From a bacterium (GTDB taxonomy: Bacteria; Pseudomonadota; Alphaproteobacteria; Rs-D84), in assembly GCA_014803525.1 (NCBI GenBank), contig JAAVBP010000004.1, forward strand, positions 54,918 to 118,917: a stretch of DNA of 64,000 nucleotides, given 5' to 3'. Positions 1 through 8,835 of the stretch are shown one piece after another. A program made the position numbers and the translations under genes. The first letter of the stretch is position 1. Each line of letters begins with the position of its first letter. The notes beneath the pieces are model-generated. The model worked only from the letters and a program-made list of their open reading frames with translations. It did no database searches and had not been told where the DNA came from.

Positions 1-341
1 CGGCCGCGACCCACGGCAAACGCGCACTGTGATGATCCAAATCAGACACCGCCACACGTAAATCACGACGCAACGTCCCACAAATAATCCGCTGCGCGCG
101 GTTCAGCCCATCTGTCGCACCGGACGTAAAAACGATTTGTTCTGACGCGGCATTTATAAAATCCGCAACCGCGCGACGCGATGCGCAAACCATGTCATCC
201 ACCGCGGCCGCACGCGCACAAATACCACGCCCGGCATTGGCATAATGATACCGCAAAAAATCCGTTTCCGCATCAATCACCGCATCCGATTTCAAGCTTG
301 AGGCCGCCGCGTCTAAGTATATGATTTTATTCATTTTATGA
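1..341 (-). CDS. cysteine desulfurase / class V aminotransferase, partial (window edge)
   Basis: Minus-strand translation from the ATG at 341 reads MNKIIYLDAAASSLKSDAVIDAETDFLRYHYANAGRG..., like a NifS/SufS/CsdA N-terminus; truncated by the window start. Confidence 0.5.
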
Positions 342-407
342 TTTCTCTTGCTTTTTATAACGATTATAATACACTTAATGCAAATATCAACAAAGAAGGA
401 GAAAAAG

Positions 408-728
408 ATGGCCATTCAACACGCAAATGATGCGAATTTCGCTGATTTAATATCAAATGGGATAACACTGGTGGATTTCTGGGCGTCTTGGTGCGGCCCA
501 TGTCGCATGTTCGGCCCGATTTTTGAACAGGTATCAAATCAAATCCCGGATGTAAATTTTGTGAAATTTGAAATTGATGAAACAAACCGCCGCACACCGG
601 CCAAATACGGCATCCGCAGTATTCCGTCCGTATTGGCATTCAAGAACGGCGAATTGGTCGAGGCGCGCACCGGCCTGATGGATCCGGAAACACTGACCGA
701 TTGGATAATGGAATTAAAAGGAGCCTGA
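408..728 (+). CDS. trxA: thioredoxin
   Basis: WCGPC active site; AAGGAG Shine-Dalgarno upstream of the ATG at 408 (the ORF-track start at 348 is an over-extension). Confidence 0.9.
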   Translation: MAIQHANDANFADLISNGITLVDFWASWCGPCRMFGPIFEQVSNQIPDVNFVKFEIDETNRRTPAKYGIRSIPSVLAFKNGELVEARTGLMDPETLTDWIMELKGA

Positions 729-732
729 ACAC

Positions 733-1161
733 ATGGCCAAACAAGATTTTAAGAAAATAGAATTGCCACCGAAATATGTCCCAAAAAAATCGGAACCATA
801 TATGTGTCCGAATCATTTGGCGTATTTCTATCAATTATTAAACGCACAAAAAGAAGAATTGGTCCAGGACAGTGATTCTGTGCTAAGTGCGGTTCGCATG
901 GCCGAAAAGTCCGAAAGTGCAGGCGTCGGCGACGATTCCGACAACGCAACATACGAACAGGAAATCACAATGAACCTGCGTATGGCGGGCCGTGATAACA
1001 ACCTGTTGCGCAAAATAAATGCGGCGTTGGATCGCCTGGAAAACGGGACGTTTGGATACAGTGTTGTTTCCGGCGAAGAAATCGGCCTGAACCGCATGTT
1101 GGCGCGACCACTGGCCACAATGACCACCGAAGAACAAGAAGAATACGAAAGTCGCAGATAA
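733..1161 (+). CDS. dksA: RNA polymerase-binding transcription factor, DksA/TraR family
   Basis: DksA-like coiled-coil with acidic tip (VGDDSDNATYEQE); no C4 zinc finger; immediately downstream of trxA. Confidence 0.75.
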   Translation: MAKQDFKKIELPPKYVPKKSEPYMCPNHLAYFYQLLNAQKEELVQDSDSVLSAVRMAEKSESAGVGDDSDNATYEQEITMNLRMAGRDNNLLRKINAALDRLENGTFGYSVVSGEEIGLNRMLARPLATMTTEEQEEYESRR

Positions 1162-1192
1162 AAAAAACACCGGGAAATCCCGGTGTTTTTTT
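1161..1192. terminator. bidirectional intrinsic terminator (A-run, caccgggaaatcccggtg hairpin, T-run)
   Basis: Hairpin flanked by A and T runs, seen in the sequence. Confidence 0.7.
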
Positions 1193-1207
1193 GTGATCCG
1201 TAATCCA

Positions 1208-1507
1208 TCATTCGTTATCCGATTCGGATTTGTTTGCTTGTTTTATTTTTGCCATCATTTTGCGCAGTTTGATGTATCGACGATCAAAACGACGTGCCTG
1301 CATCATTTTGTACCCCATTACGGTTATTCGTTGCATGATATCCGCCGGGATTTGGGCGGTGCCGGCCTCAAACTCGGCCAAATCCATCGGCAATACACGC
1401 AACAGTACCGCCGCTGCATCAATTGATAGCTGACAATTCTCGCGCGCAAGTCTGATTGCGCGCCCCAGACGCACGGCCGTGTCATCGATTGGTGTTTTGT
1501 TTTGCAT
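1208..1507 (-). CDS. small XRE-family helix-turn-helix transcriptional regulator (paralog family member)
   Basis: HTH pattern LGRAIRLARENCQLSIDAAAVLL...EFEAG; AAGGAGG Shine-Dalgarno before the ATG; paralogous to 47554..47844. Confidence 0.7.
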   Translation of the reverse strand: MQNKTPIDDTAVRLGRAIRLARENCQLSIDAAAVLLRVLPMDLAEFEAGTAQIPADIMQRITVMGYKMMQARRFDRRYIKLRKMMAKIKQANKSESDNE

Positions 1508-1720
1508 TTTTTCCTCCTTTATCTTTTTTGCAAATAAAAAGTCCGCTTTGATGAGAAGCGGTTGGAGGTTAAGAACTACTGCAATGGTAGTGCTGTTTAT
1601 TCATATATATCACAGCCCTCCAACCAAGGTTGGAGCTTATTGCATGAGGTTCTTATACCCCGCATCGGTCATCACCCGATGCACGACCATTATAGCGGAT
1701 TGTTTTCAGTTTTGCAAATT
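1508..1720 (-). promoter_or_regulatory. conserved structured leader element, copy L1: sigma70 promoter + multi-helix RNA + terminator hairpin + Shine-Dalgarno
   Basis: Minus strand has TTGCAA at 1712-1717, a 17-nt spacer and TATAAT at 1689-1694. The leader contains the GGTTGGAGG...CCTCCAACC helix, an alternative CTCCAACC/GGTTGGAG pairing, and the ccgcttctcatcaaagcgg + T-run terminator just before the Shine-Dalgarno. Confidence 0.6.
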
Positions 1721-1734
1721 ATAAAAGACCACAC

Positions 1735-2030
1735 CGCCCCGTTGGGGCACCCCTCCACAGGAGGGGAACCAGTACGTTATCATACACGAACTAATTGCCA
1801 CCGCCTGGGCGGGGGCTGGCACCTCGGCGAAGCGATAGCAGAGACAGGTGACTGGGGGTGGTTATTACGTACCCCGCAATATTTGCCACCCCCCGGTGCT
1901 GAGCACCACCCCCCGCAATCCACCCACAAAAACATCCGTTTTTGTGGGACCCAGAAACGGCGGTGGGCATTTAGCACTGACCCCAGCACGAATAACTTTT
2001 TCACCCTTTCTCTTTTTAATTTTTTCACTA
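1735..2030. repeat. cluster of GC-rich palindromic repeat modules (REP/BIME-like)
   Basis: Modules cccctccacaggagggg, cccccgcctgggcgggggctggc, gactgggggtgg, gccaccccccggtgctgagcaccaccccccgc and cccacaaaaacatccgtttttgtggg recur at 34290-34740 and 48076-48560. Confidence 0.65.
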
Positions 2031-2059
2031 AAAAAACGGGCGAATGCCCGTTTTTTTTA
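2030..2059. terminator. bidirectional intrinsic terminator (aaaaaaacgggcgaatgcccgtttttttt)
   Basis: GC hairpin with flanking A and T runs, downstream of tatA. Confidence 0.7.
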
Positions 2060-2305
2060 TTTCTTTTTCGGTGCGGATTTTTTTACCGCTTTTTTCGGTG
2101 CAACCTTTTTGGTCGCCGCCTTCTTGGTCGCGGCTTGTTTTGCCGCCGCATCCTTTTTGGACGCCTTGCCGTCATCCTTTAATTCTTTTTTAAAGGCATT
2201 TATTCCGCCCGCCAGATTTTTCATCAAATCCGGAATCTTGCCATGACCGAACAGAATCAGAACAAGTACAACAATTAACAGAATTTCCCAAAATCCAGCT
2301 CTCAT
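2057..2305 (-). CDS. tatA: twin-arginine translocase subunit TatA/E with a long Lys/Ala-rich C-terminal tail
   Basis: N-terminal transmembrane segment plus amphipathic helix (WEILLIVVLVLILFGHGKIPDLMKNLAGGINAFKK) typical of TatA. Confidence 0.8.
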   Translation of the reverse strand: MRAGFWEILLIVVLVLILFGHGKIPDLMKNLAGGINAFKKELKDDGKASKKDAAAKQAATKKAATKKVAPKKAVKKSAPKKK

Positions 2306-2317
2306 AATAAATACTCC

Positions 2318-3118
2318 TTATTTCGCGACGTAACAATCCAAACCATCTGATTTGGCATTGCGACAGAAACTGTTGGCATCCGCGGATGTTGCAAACGGAA
2401 CGCGCAGACGATATACCGTGCCCCCATCGTTCAGGACGGCCGCCAAAACAACAAACTGGCGTCCATTGAACAATGATCCGTGTGATTTTTTCAGATTGTT
2501 ACCCGCAGCCTCGGCCATGGCACGTGTACTGTATGATCCAAACTGAACATACCACGAACCGTTTGCCGCCGCGACCTGCTTTTTCGGGGCGGGTTTTGCG
2601 GCCGGCTTTGGTTTCGCGGCCGGTTTCGGTTTTGCCGCCGGCTTTACCACTGGGGCCGGTGCCGCGGCCGGGGCCGCATCCGGATTAAATGTCACAGGCT
2701 TTCTATCTTCTATTACGCGAACAGGACTGCCCACGGGTTCCGGCATGGCATTCGGTACCGCATTTGCATTCTGCCCAGGCTGTACCACCGGCGACGGCGC
2801 AACCACCGGAACAACGGGCCCCGGCTGTTCCTGGGGTACGGGCTGTGGCTGGGGCAGCGGTGGAACATCCAACGCATCACCCGGCGCATCAACAACAACC
2901 GCCGGCGCATCCAAATCAACATCCATCGAAGTGGACGAATCGGATGCAATCGTGCGAACAATTATATATGTCGCCAATATTATAACGACAACCCCAATTC
3001 CCAATAACAGCCACGGCTTTTTCGGCCGCGGCGCGGCAAACGGCGCCGCATCCGGTAACACGTCCACAGACGTACCATCATCTAAATCCAACAAATCCAA
3101 GTTATCGTCGTTATTCAT
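2318..3118 (-). CDS. SPOR-domain cell-division protein (single transmembrane segment, Pro-rich linker with PAAKPK repeats)
   Basis: C-terminal SPOR domain (GSWYVQFGSYSTRAMAEAAG...YRLRVPFATSADANSFCRNAKSDGLDCYV). Confidence 0.75.
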   Translation of the reverse strand: MNNDDNLDLLDLDDGTSVDVLPDAAPFAAPRPKKPWLLLGIGVVVIILATYIIVRTIASDSSTSMDVDLDAPAVVVDAPGDALDVPPLPQPQPVPQEQPGPVVPVVAPSPVVQPGQNANAVPNAMPEPVGSPVRVIEDRKPVTFNPDAAPAAAPAPVVKPAAKPKPAAKPKPAAKPAPKKQVAAANGSWYVQFGSYSTRAMAEAAGNNLKKSHGSLFNGRQFVVLAAVLNDGGTVYRLRVPFATSADANSFCRNAKSDGLDCYVAK

Positions 3119-3209
3119 TTATGAAATCCCCCATACATTTTTATACACCCATTATATCATAAAAAAATTCCCATAACAAAGATTATCTGTGTCATGGGAA
3201 TATTTATCT

Positions 3210-3350
3210 TTATTTCGGCATTTGGCCAAAATTCGGTGGCACAATCAGTTTATGATTTTCTGCGACAATGGGTTCACTCTCGCATTTACCGGCGCCGCAC
3301 GCCGCCAGCAACGGCATCGCAACAACCAATAATAGAATCGCTTTTTTCAT
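3210..3350 (-). CDS. small lipoprotein (lipobox LLAAC)
   Basis: MKKAILLLVVAMPLLAACGAG signal/lipobox; start is the internal Met of the ORF-track entry. Confidence 0.4.
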   Translation of the reverse strand: MKKAILLLVVAMPLLAACGAGKCESEPIVAENHKLIVPPNFGQMPK

Positions 3351-3366
3351 TCTTTTTCTCCTTAAT

Positions 3367-5100
3367 TTATAATGGCATTTTGACGGCCGCGGCCATGTCA
3401 TTCACAAACGCATCCAACGCCACAGTTTCCTGTTTATCTTGGCCCAAACGACGCAGCGTTACAGTTTGGTCTGCCGCCTCTTTTTCACCAACGACCGCAA
3501 TAATCGGCGTCTTGGCCAAAGATAATTCGCGGATTTTATAATTTACCTTTTCGTCACGCAGATCCGCGCGGGCATATACGCCGGACGCACGCAGACGTGC
3601 AACAACGTCGTTTGCATAATCCGCATATTTTTCAGAAATCGGCGTTACAACAACCGGTTCTGGCGACAACCACAGTGGTAAATTTCCACCCGTCGATTCC
3701 AGCAATACACCCATAAAGCGTTCAATAGAACCCAATATTGCACGATGCAACATAATCGGACGATGTTTTTCACCATCTTCGCCAACATAAGACAAATCAA
3801 AGCGTTCCGGCAAATTCATATCCAATTGGATCGTACCACACTGCCACGTACGACCAATAGAGTCTTTTAAATAAATATCAATTTTCGGGCCGTAAAATGC
3901 GGCATCACCTGTCGCCACTTCGAATTCGATACCATTCGCCTCCAGCGCATGACGCAGCCCATCCTCTGCCTTGTCCCAGATTTCATCCGATCCAATGCGG
4001 AATTCAGATTCTTTGCGCGTGGCCAGTTTCATCCAAACCTGATCAAAGCCAAATTTGTAATAAATATCTTTTACAAAGGACAAGATTTTAACAATTTCTG
4101 CCTCAAACTGATCTTCGGTACAGAATATATGTGCATCATCCTGGGTAAATTCACGCACACGCATCAGGCCTGCCAGGCCCCCCGCGGCCTCGTACCGATT
4201 AACCTTGCCAAATTCGGCCAGATACATCGGCAGGTCTTTGTACGACTTAATCCCCTGGCCAAACACCAGCATACCGCCCGGGCATGACATCGGCTTTACA
4301 CAGAATGTTTTACCGTCCTGGGTTTTACCGGAATAATTATGTTCACCATATTTGGCCCAGTGACCGGATTTTTCCCACAGACACCGATCCATAACAGACG
4401 GTGTAGAAATTTCCATGTATCCGCTGCGTTCCTGGCGTGCACGCATATATTCGATTAACTTGCGATAAATCTTATAACCCTTGTCATGCCAGAACACCGC
4501 ACCCGGCGCATATTCCGGTTCAAAATGGAACAGATCCATGTCGCGCCCCAGTTTACGGTTATCACGGGCGGCGGCCTCTTCCATCATCTTTAAATGCGCA
4601 TCCAAGTCTTCTTTTGTTGCGAACGCATCAACATAAATACGCTGCAGCATTTTGTTTTTTGCGTCACCTTTCCAGTATGCACCGGCGACACTGCGAATTT
4701 TAAACGCATCACGTGGCAGGTCTTTGGATGATTCCACATGCGGTCCGCGGCACAGATCCGTAAAATCACGGAAAGTATAAATTGATAATTTTTCGCCCGC
4801 GGCATCGTATTCATTCAACCATTCCATCTTATATGGCTGATTTGCAAATAAATCTTTGGCTTCGTCCAATGTGACATCACGCTGTTCGAATCGGCCGTTT
4901 GATTTAATCAGTGCACGCATTTCGCGTTCAATTGCGTCAAAGTCTTCTTCGGAAAATCTGTGTTCTGTATCAAAATCGTAATAAAAACCGTTTTCGATGG
5001 CGGGCCCACCCGCAAATTTAACATCCGGATACAATTTTTTTACCGCCGCGGCCATCACATGGGCCAACGAATGACGTACTGTTTCAATAGGATATGACAT
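3367..5100 (-). CDS. thrS: threonine--tRNA ligase (lacks the N-terminal TGS domain)
   Basis: RHSLAHVMAAAV...GFYYDFD editing-domain motif, class II aaRS core, anticodon-binding C-terminus; 577 aa versus about 640 typical. Confidence 0.9.
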   Translation of the reverse strand: MSYPIETVRHSLAHVMAAAVKKLYPDVKFAGGPAIENGFYYDFDTEHRFSEEDFDAIEREMRALIKSNGRFEQRDVTLDEAKDLFANQPYKMEWLNEYDAAGEKLSIYTFRDFTDLCRGPHVESSKDLPRDAFKIRSVAGAYWKGDAKNKMLQRIYVDAFATKEDLDAHLKMMEEAAARDNRKLGRDMDLFHFEPEYAPGAVFWHDKGYKIYRKLIEYMRARQERSGYMEISTPSVMDRCLWEKSGHWAKYGEHNYSGKTQDGKTFCVKPMSCPGGMLVFGQGIKSYKDLPMYLAEFGKVNRYEAAGGLAGLMRVREFTQDDAHIFCTEDQFEAEIVKILSFVKDIYYKFGFDQVWMKLATRKESEFRIGSDEIWDKAEDGLRHALEANGIEFEVATGDAAFYGPKIDIYLKDSIGRTWQCGTIQLDMNLPERFDLSYVGEDGEKHRPIMLHRAILGSIERFMGVLLESTGGNLPLWLSPEPVVVTPISEKYADYANDVVARLRASGVYARADLRDEKVNYKIRELSLAKTPIIAVVGEKEAADQTVTLRRLGQDKQETVALDAFVNDMAAAVKMPL

Positions 5101-5266
5101 AACTAAAAACCCTTTGTATTTTTATAAAAATTAAAATTATTTGTTTGATTATATCGCACGCGAGCAACTTCGCAAATAGAATTCACACCCCCGCAGGGGT
5201 TGTAGTTGTTGTAGTGAAAATAAACAACATTTCTAACATTTCGTGCTAATTATATACCATCTGTTT

Positions 5267-6013
5267 TTAAAAATCAATAATGCATCCGAACAGTACCGCG
5301 AAAAAGAAGCATACCGTTCCGCCAATTACAAACAGATGCCATACCGCGTGTGAAAAACGCATCTTCCGCCACAGGTAAAATATCACCCCCAATGAATATG
5401 ACAATCCACCCGCCAAAATAAACCACATTCCACGTGCCGATATACTGCGCAGCATCGCCGGCAATATAAAGATCAGCGTCCATCCCATAATCAGGTATAA
5501 TAACACCATCCATTTTGGCTGCTCTTTTGGACGCGCGATTTTCATAACGGCCCCAAATATCGTTATCGCCCACAGTATTCCAAATACCGTCCAACCAATC
5601 CACCCACGCAGATTTACCAAACAAAACGGGGTATATGTTCCGGCAATCAATGCATAAATTGCAACGGTGTCCCAAACCTCAAAAAAACATTCTGATTTCT
5701 GGCCAATCATTGCGTGACACATGGTGGAACCAAAATACAGCGTAAACATGGTCAAGCCAAATATCGCGCATGACACCATCGCCCACACGTTGCCCGCCAA
5801 AACGGCAAATACCTCAAGCAATACCAACCCCGCCATCGCGAGTCCTATACCGATGCCATGGGTTAAAATGTTTAAAACCTCTTCCGACTTTGTACTTGGG
5901 CGTTCCCAACGAAACAATCCCGCCGCACGCAGCGCGCGCAACAAATGCGACGCATGCGAATCGCGTTTAACCTCTTTTAATCTTTTGCGAACAACTTTTT
6001 TGATTTTTGTCAT
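5267..6013 (-). CDS. hemolysin III / PAQR family channel protein
   Basis: 7-transmembrane protein with the NILTHGIGIGL motif typical of HlyIII. Confidence 0.8.
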   Translation of the reverse strand: MTKIKKVVRKRLKEVKRDSHASHLLRALRAAGLFRWERPSTKSEEVLNILTHGIGIGLAMAGLVLLEVFAVLAGNVWAMVSCAIFGLTMFTLYFGSTMCHAMIGQKSECFFEVWDTVAIYALIAGTYTPFCLVNLRGWIGWTVFGILWAITIFGAVMKIARPKEQPKWMVLLYLIMGWTLIFILPAMLRSISARGMWFILAGGLSYSLGVIFYLWRKMRFSHAVWHLFVIGGTVCFFFAVLFGCIIDF

Positions 6014-7587
6014 TTTAACAGCTCCCCTATTCTGCTGCGAACGCGTGCCTCGCCCATAACAGTGATTATGGAATACAAATCCGGTGTAAATGCGCGGCCC
6101 GACAATGCCACGCGCAAATTCATTGCAACATCGCCGTTTTTAACGCCCAACTTCTCTGCAATTGCAACAATTTTATTCCACCAAGTGTCTTTGTCATCAG
6201 CCGGATTATAAACCGCCAAAAATTCACGCAAAGCATCACGGTTATATTCAAATTCGGTATTCGCCTGATACAACGCATCCCAGAAAAACGCAACCGTTTC
6301 CAATGTCTGGCGCCATGTGATAAAGTCCTTGCGAATACGCTTTGGATTATCGCGTTCAATGCCCAGCACCGCGGTCAAATAATCCACATCCGCCACCTGC
6401 ATTTTTTCGGTGTCCGTACCATATTCGGCCGCCCACGCGGCAACACGCGCGCTCAGATCAGATACCGGCAATGTCGCAATAAACTCTTTCGCCCACCATT
6501 CCAATTTTTTCATATCAAACAGCGCACCCGACATCGGGATCTTTTTAGGACGCATTTCATAATCCCAAATGGATTTCACCGCGCCTTTGGCCTTGGCCTC
6601 TTCATAGCCCGACGCCGCAATATTGCCGAGATACTCCAACACAGCCTCTACCGGCCAACCGTCGGCGATAAAATATTCAACATTGGCCTCTGGATCTTTG
6701 CGTTTGGACAGCTTGCGTTGCTTGCCCGTCTCACTATCGATTTTATCAATGGTCGATGTATGGATATACATCGGCGGCGTCCACCCCATCTTGCGGAACA
6801 ATGCCACATGCAGCGGGAATGACGGCAACCATTCTTCGCCACGAACAACGTGCGTTGTGCGCATAAAGTGATCATCAACCAAGTGCGCAAAATGATACGT
6901 CGGCAGACCGTCATTGGATTTTATAAGAACCAAATCTTCGTTATTTTCCGGAAACCCGATTGAGCCACGAACCGCATCCTTGCAGAATATACGACGTTCC
7001 GGATTACCATCGGAATACAGACGAATGGTCGGCTTTTCCCCGGCATCCAGATGCGCGATAATTTCTTCTTCGGTCAAATCGCGATCACGCGCAAATTCAC
7101 CATAAATACCCGTGGCAAATCCGGCCGCCTTTTGATTTTCACGGATACTCTCCATATCGTCCGCATTCATAAAGCATGGATATGCAAAGCCCCGCGCCAT
7201 CAAATCCGCCACAACACTGTGATAAATATCACGGCGATCGGACTGATGATATGGGCCATATGCCGGATCATTATTATATTTCAAACCGAATCGATCCAAA
7301 GATTTGACAATGATGTCAACGGCGGATGCGACCTCGCGCTTGGTGTCTGTATCCTCGATACGCAGCATGAATACACCACCCGACTGCTGTGCTAATTTAC
7401 AGTCAATCAGCGCGCCGTACAGCCCACCCAGATGCATAAAGCCCGTGGGACTGGGCGCGAAACGCGTGACAAATGCCCCGTCCGGCAATGTGCGCGGCGG
7501 AAACAGCGCCTCTAATTCATCCATTGTATATTTCGGTGCGCCGCCCAATATGCGCGCGATCAAATCTGCGGATAATCCCTGTCTCAT
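6010..7587 (-). CDS. gltX: glutamate--tRNA ligase
   Basis: FAPSPTGFMHLGG (HIGH-type) motif and KLSKRK (KMSKS-type) motif; possible short N-terminal over-extension. Confidence 0.9.
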   Translation of the reverse strand: MRQGLSADLIARILGGAPKYTMDELEALFPPRTLPDGAFVTRFAPSPTGFMHLGGLYGALIDCKLAQQSGGVFMLRIEDTDTKREVASAVDIIVKSLDRFGLKYNNDPAYGPYHQSDRRDIYHSVVADLMARGFAYPCFMNADDMESIRENQKAAGFATGIYGEFARDRDLTEEEIIAHLDAGEKPTIRLYSDGNPERRIFCKDAVRGSIGFPENNEDLVLIKSNDGLPTYHFAHLVDDHFMRTTHVVRGEEWLPSFPLHVALFRKMGWTPPMYIHTSTIDKIDSETGKQRKLSKRKDPEANVEYFIADGWPVEAVLEYLGNIAASGYEEAKAKGAVKSIWDYEMRPKKIPMSGALFDMKKLEWWAKEFIATLPVSDLSARVAAWAAEYGTDTEKMQVADVDYLTAVLGIERDNPKRIRKDFITWRQTLETVAFFWDALYQANTEFEYNRDALREFLAVYNPADDKDTWWNKIVAIAEKLGVKNGDVAMNLRVALSGRAFTPDLYSIITVMGEARVRSRIGELLK

Positions 7588-7635
7588 GTTTATTTAACCT
7601 TGTTTTCTTGATCTTGGGATTTTATACTATCGTTT

Positions 7636-8262
7636 ATGGAAAAACAAGAAATAAGAACTTTTGGGCGCCGGCACGGAAAAAAGCTGTCCGCGCGCCAAAC
7701 ATGGCTAACCCAAAACGCCATCCCACACCCGACGGATGTGCCCGCGACCGGCGCAATCCTTGAAATCGGGTTTGGTGCGGGTGAACACGTACGCGAATTG
7801 GCATTGGCCAACCCTGATAAAATTATCATTGGCGCGGAACCATTTATGAACGGCGTGGCATCGCTGATGTCTGCGATAACCGACGAAAAAACGAACGAAA
7901 TTTTACCGGAATATAAAAACATAAGAATCTGGCCGGATGATGTGCGCGATTTCCTGCGCGGCACAGACGCCAAATTTGCCCAGATTTGGATCCTGCACCC
8001 CGACCCATGGCCAAAGGCGCGACATGAAAAACGCCGCCTGTTGCAAACCGAATTCATAAAATTGCTATCGAATTATTTGGAACCGCATGGCGAAATAATT
8101 ATCGGCACCGACCATTGGGGATACTTTGACTGGATTTTGGAACGCGCGACCGAATCGGGCCAGTCCTTTGAAACGCCGGAATTGGATATTATTCAGACCC
8201 GGTACCAGGCAAAAAACATGGCTGACACCGACGCACCGAAATATATTATCATAAAAAAATAG
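7636..8262 (+). CDS. trmB: tRNA (guanine-N7)-methyltransferase
   Basis: SAM-binding motif EIGFGAGEH; TrmB-like length. Confidence 0.85.
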   Translation: MEKQEIRTFGRRHGKKLSARQTWLTQNAIPHPTDVPATGAILEIGFGAGEHVRELALANPDKIIIGAEPFMNGVASLMSAITDEKTNEILPEYKNIRIWPDDVRDFLRGTDAKFAQIWILHPDPWPKARHEKRRLLQTEFIKLLSNYLEPHGEIIIGTDHWGYFDWILERATESGQSFETPELDIIQTRYQAKNMADTDAPKYIIIKK

Positions 8263-8287
8263 CCGGCATATACCGGCCTTTTTTTAT
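8262..8287. terminator. intrinsic terminator (gccggcatataccggc + T-run)
   Basis: Hairpin plus T-run after trmB. Confidence 0.6.
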
Positions 8288-8829
8288 CTATCAACACAGC
8301 ACATTAAATCGGGGCGACCTGGCATTAATACATATCCATCTGGCACGCGATTTGGACGGTGACCACGACGAACACAAAACGATTCGACCGTCGGCGCCAT
8401 TTCTGTTACCGCAATACCGGCAATTGCAACCGCCAATGCATCCGGCATCGGCGCCGGCTTGGCCCGGACAATCGGACGCGCAACAACCCGGCGCGGTGGA
8501 ACAACAATAACATCTGGCATTGGTGCGGCGACCGTCGCTTTGACCGGCACTGCAACCTTGGCGGTGGCTTTGTTTTTTGCCGGCTTTTTCTTGTTCAACT
8601 TTTTCTTGGGCGCAACCTTTTTGGGTTTTACCGGCATTTTTGCCGCCATGTTTTTTGCACCTGCGCCATACAGTGCGGCCGCACGCGAAACATCGGCGAC
8701 ATCTGTTTCATATTCGCCATATAATGTTGGGCGACCATATACCGGCGGCGTACCATCCGCCATGGCAAATGCCGCACATGGAATAAAAAACAATATGAAA
8801 AATATCCGTATCATAATATATACCCCCAT
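8284..8829 (-). CDS. secreted Lys/Ala/Pro-rich protein of unknown function
   Basis: Signal peptide (IFFILFFIPCAAFA); central KKVAPKKKLNKKKPAKNKATAK low-complexity region. Confidence 0.5.
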   Translation of the reverse strand: MGVYIMIRIFFILFFIPCAAFAMADGTPPVYGRPTLYGEYETDVADVSRAAALYGAGAKNMAAKMPVKPKKVAPKKKLNKKKPAKNKATAKVAVPVKATVAAPMPDVIVVPPRRVVARPIVRAKPAPMPDALAVAIAGIAVTEMAPTVESFCVRRGHRPNRVPDGYVLMPGRPDLMCCVDR

Positions 8830-8835
8830 ACCATT

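Noticed and set aside
1562-2246. ORFs of 206 aa and 132 aa in the plus frames across 1562-2246; similar ORFs at 48254-48619
   Set aside because: They span the leader element and the GC-rich palindromic repeat cluster. They have low-complexity, Pro/Gly-rich translations and no Shine-Dalgarno, so they are repeat-derived.
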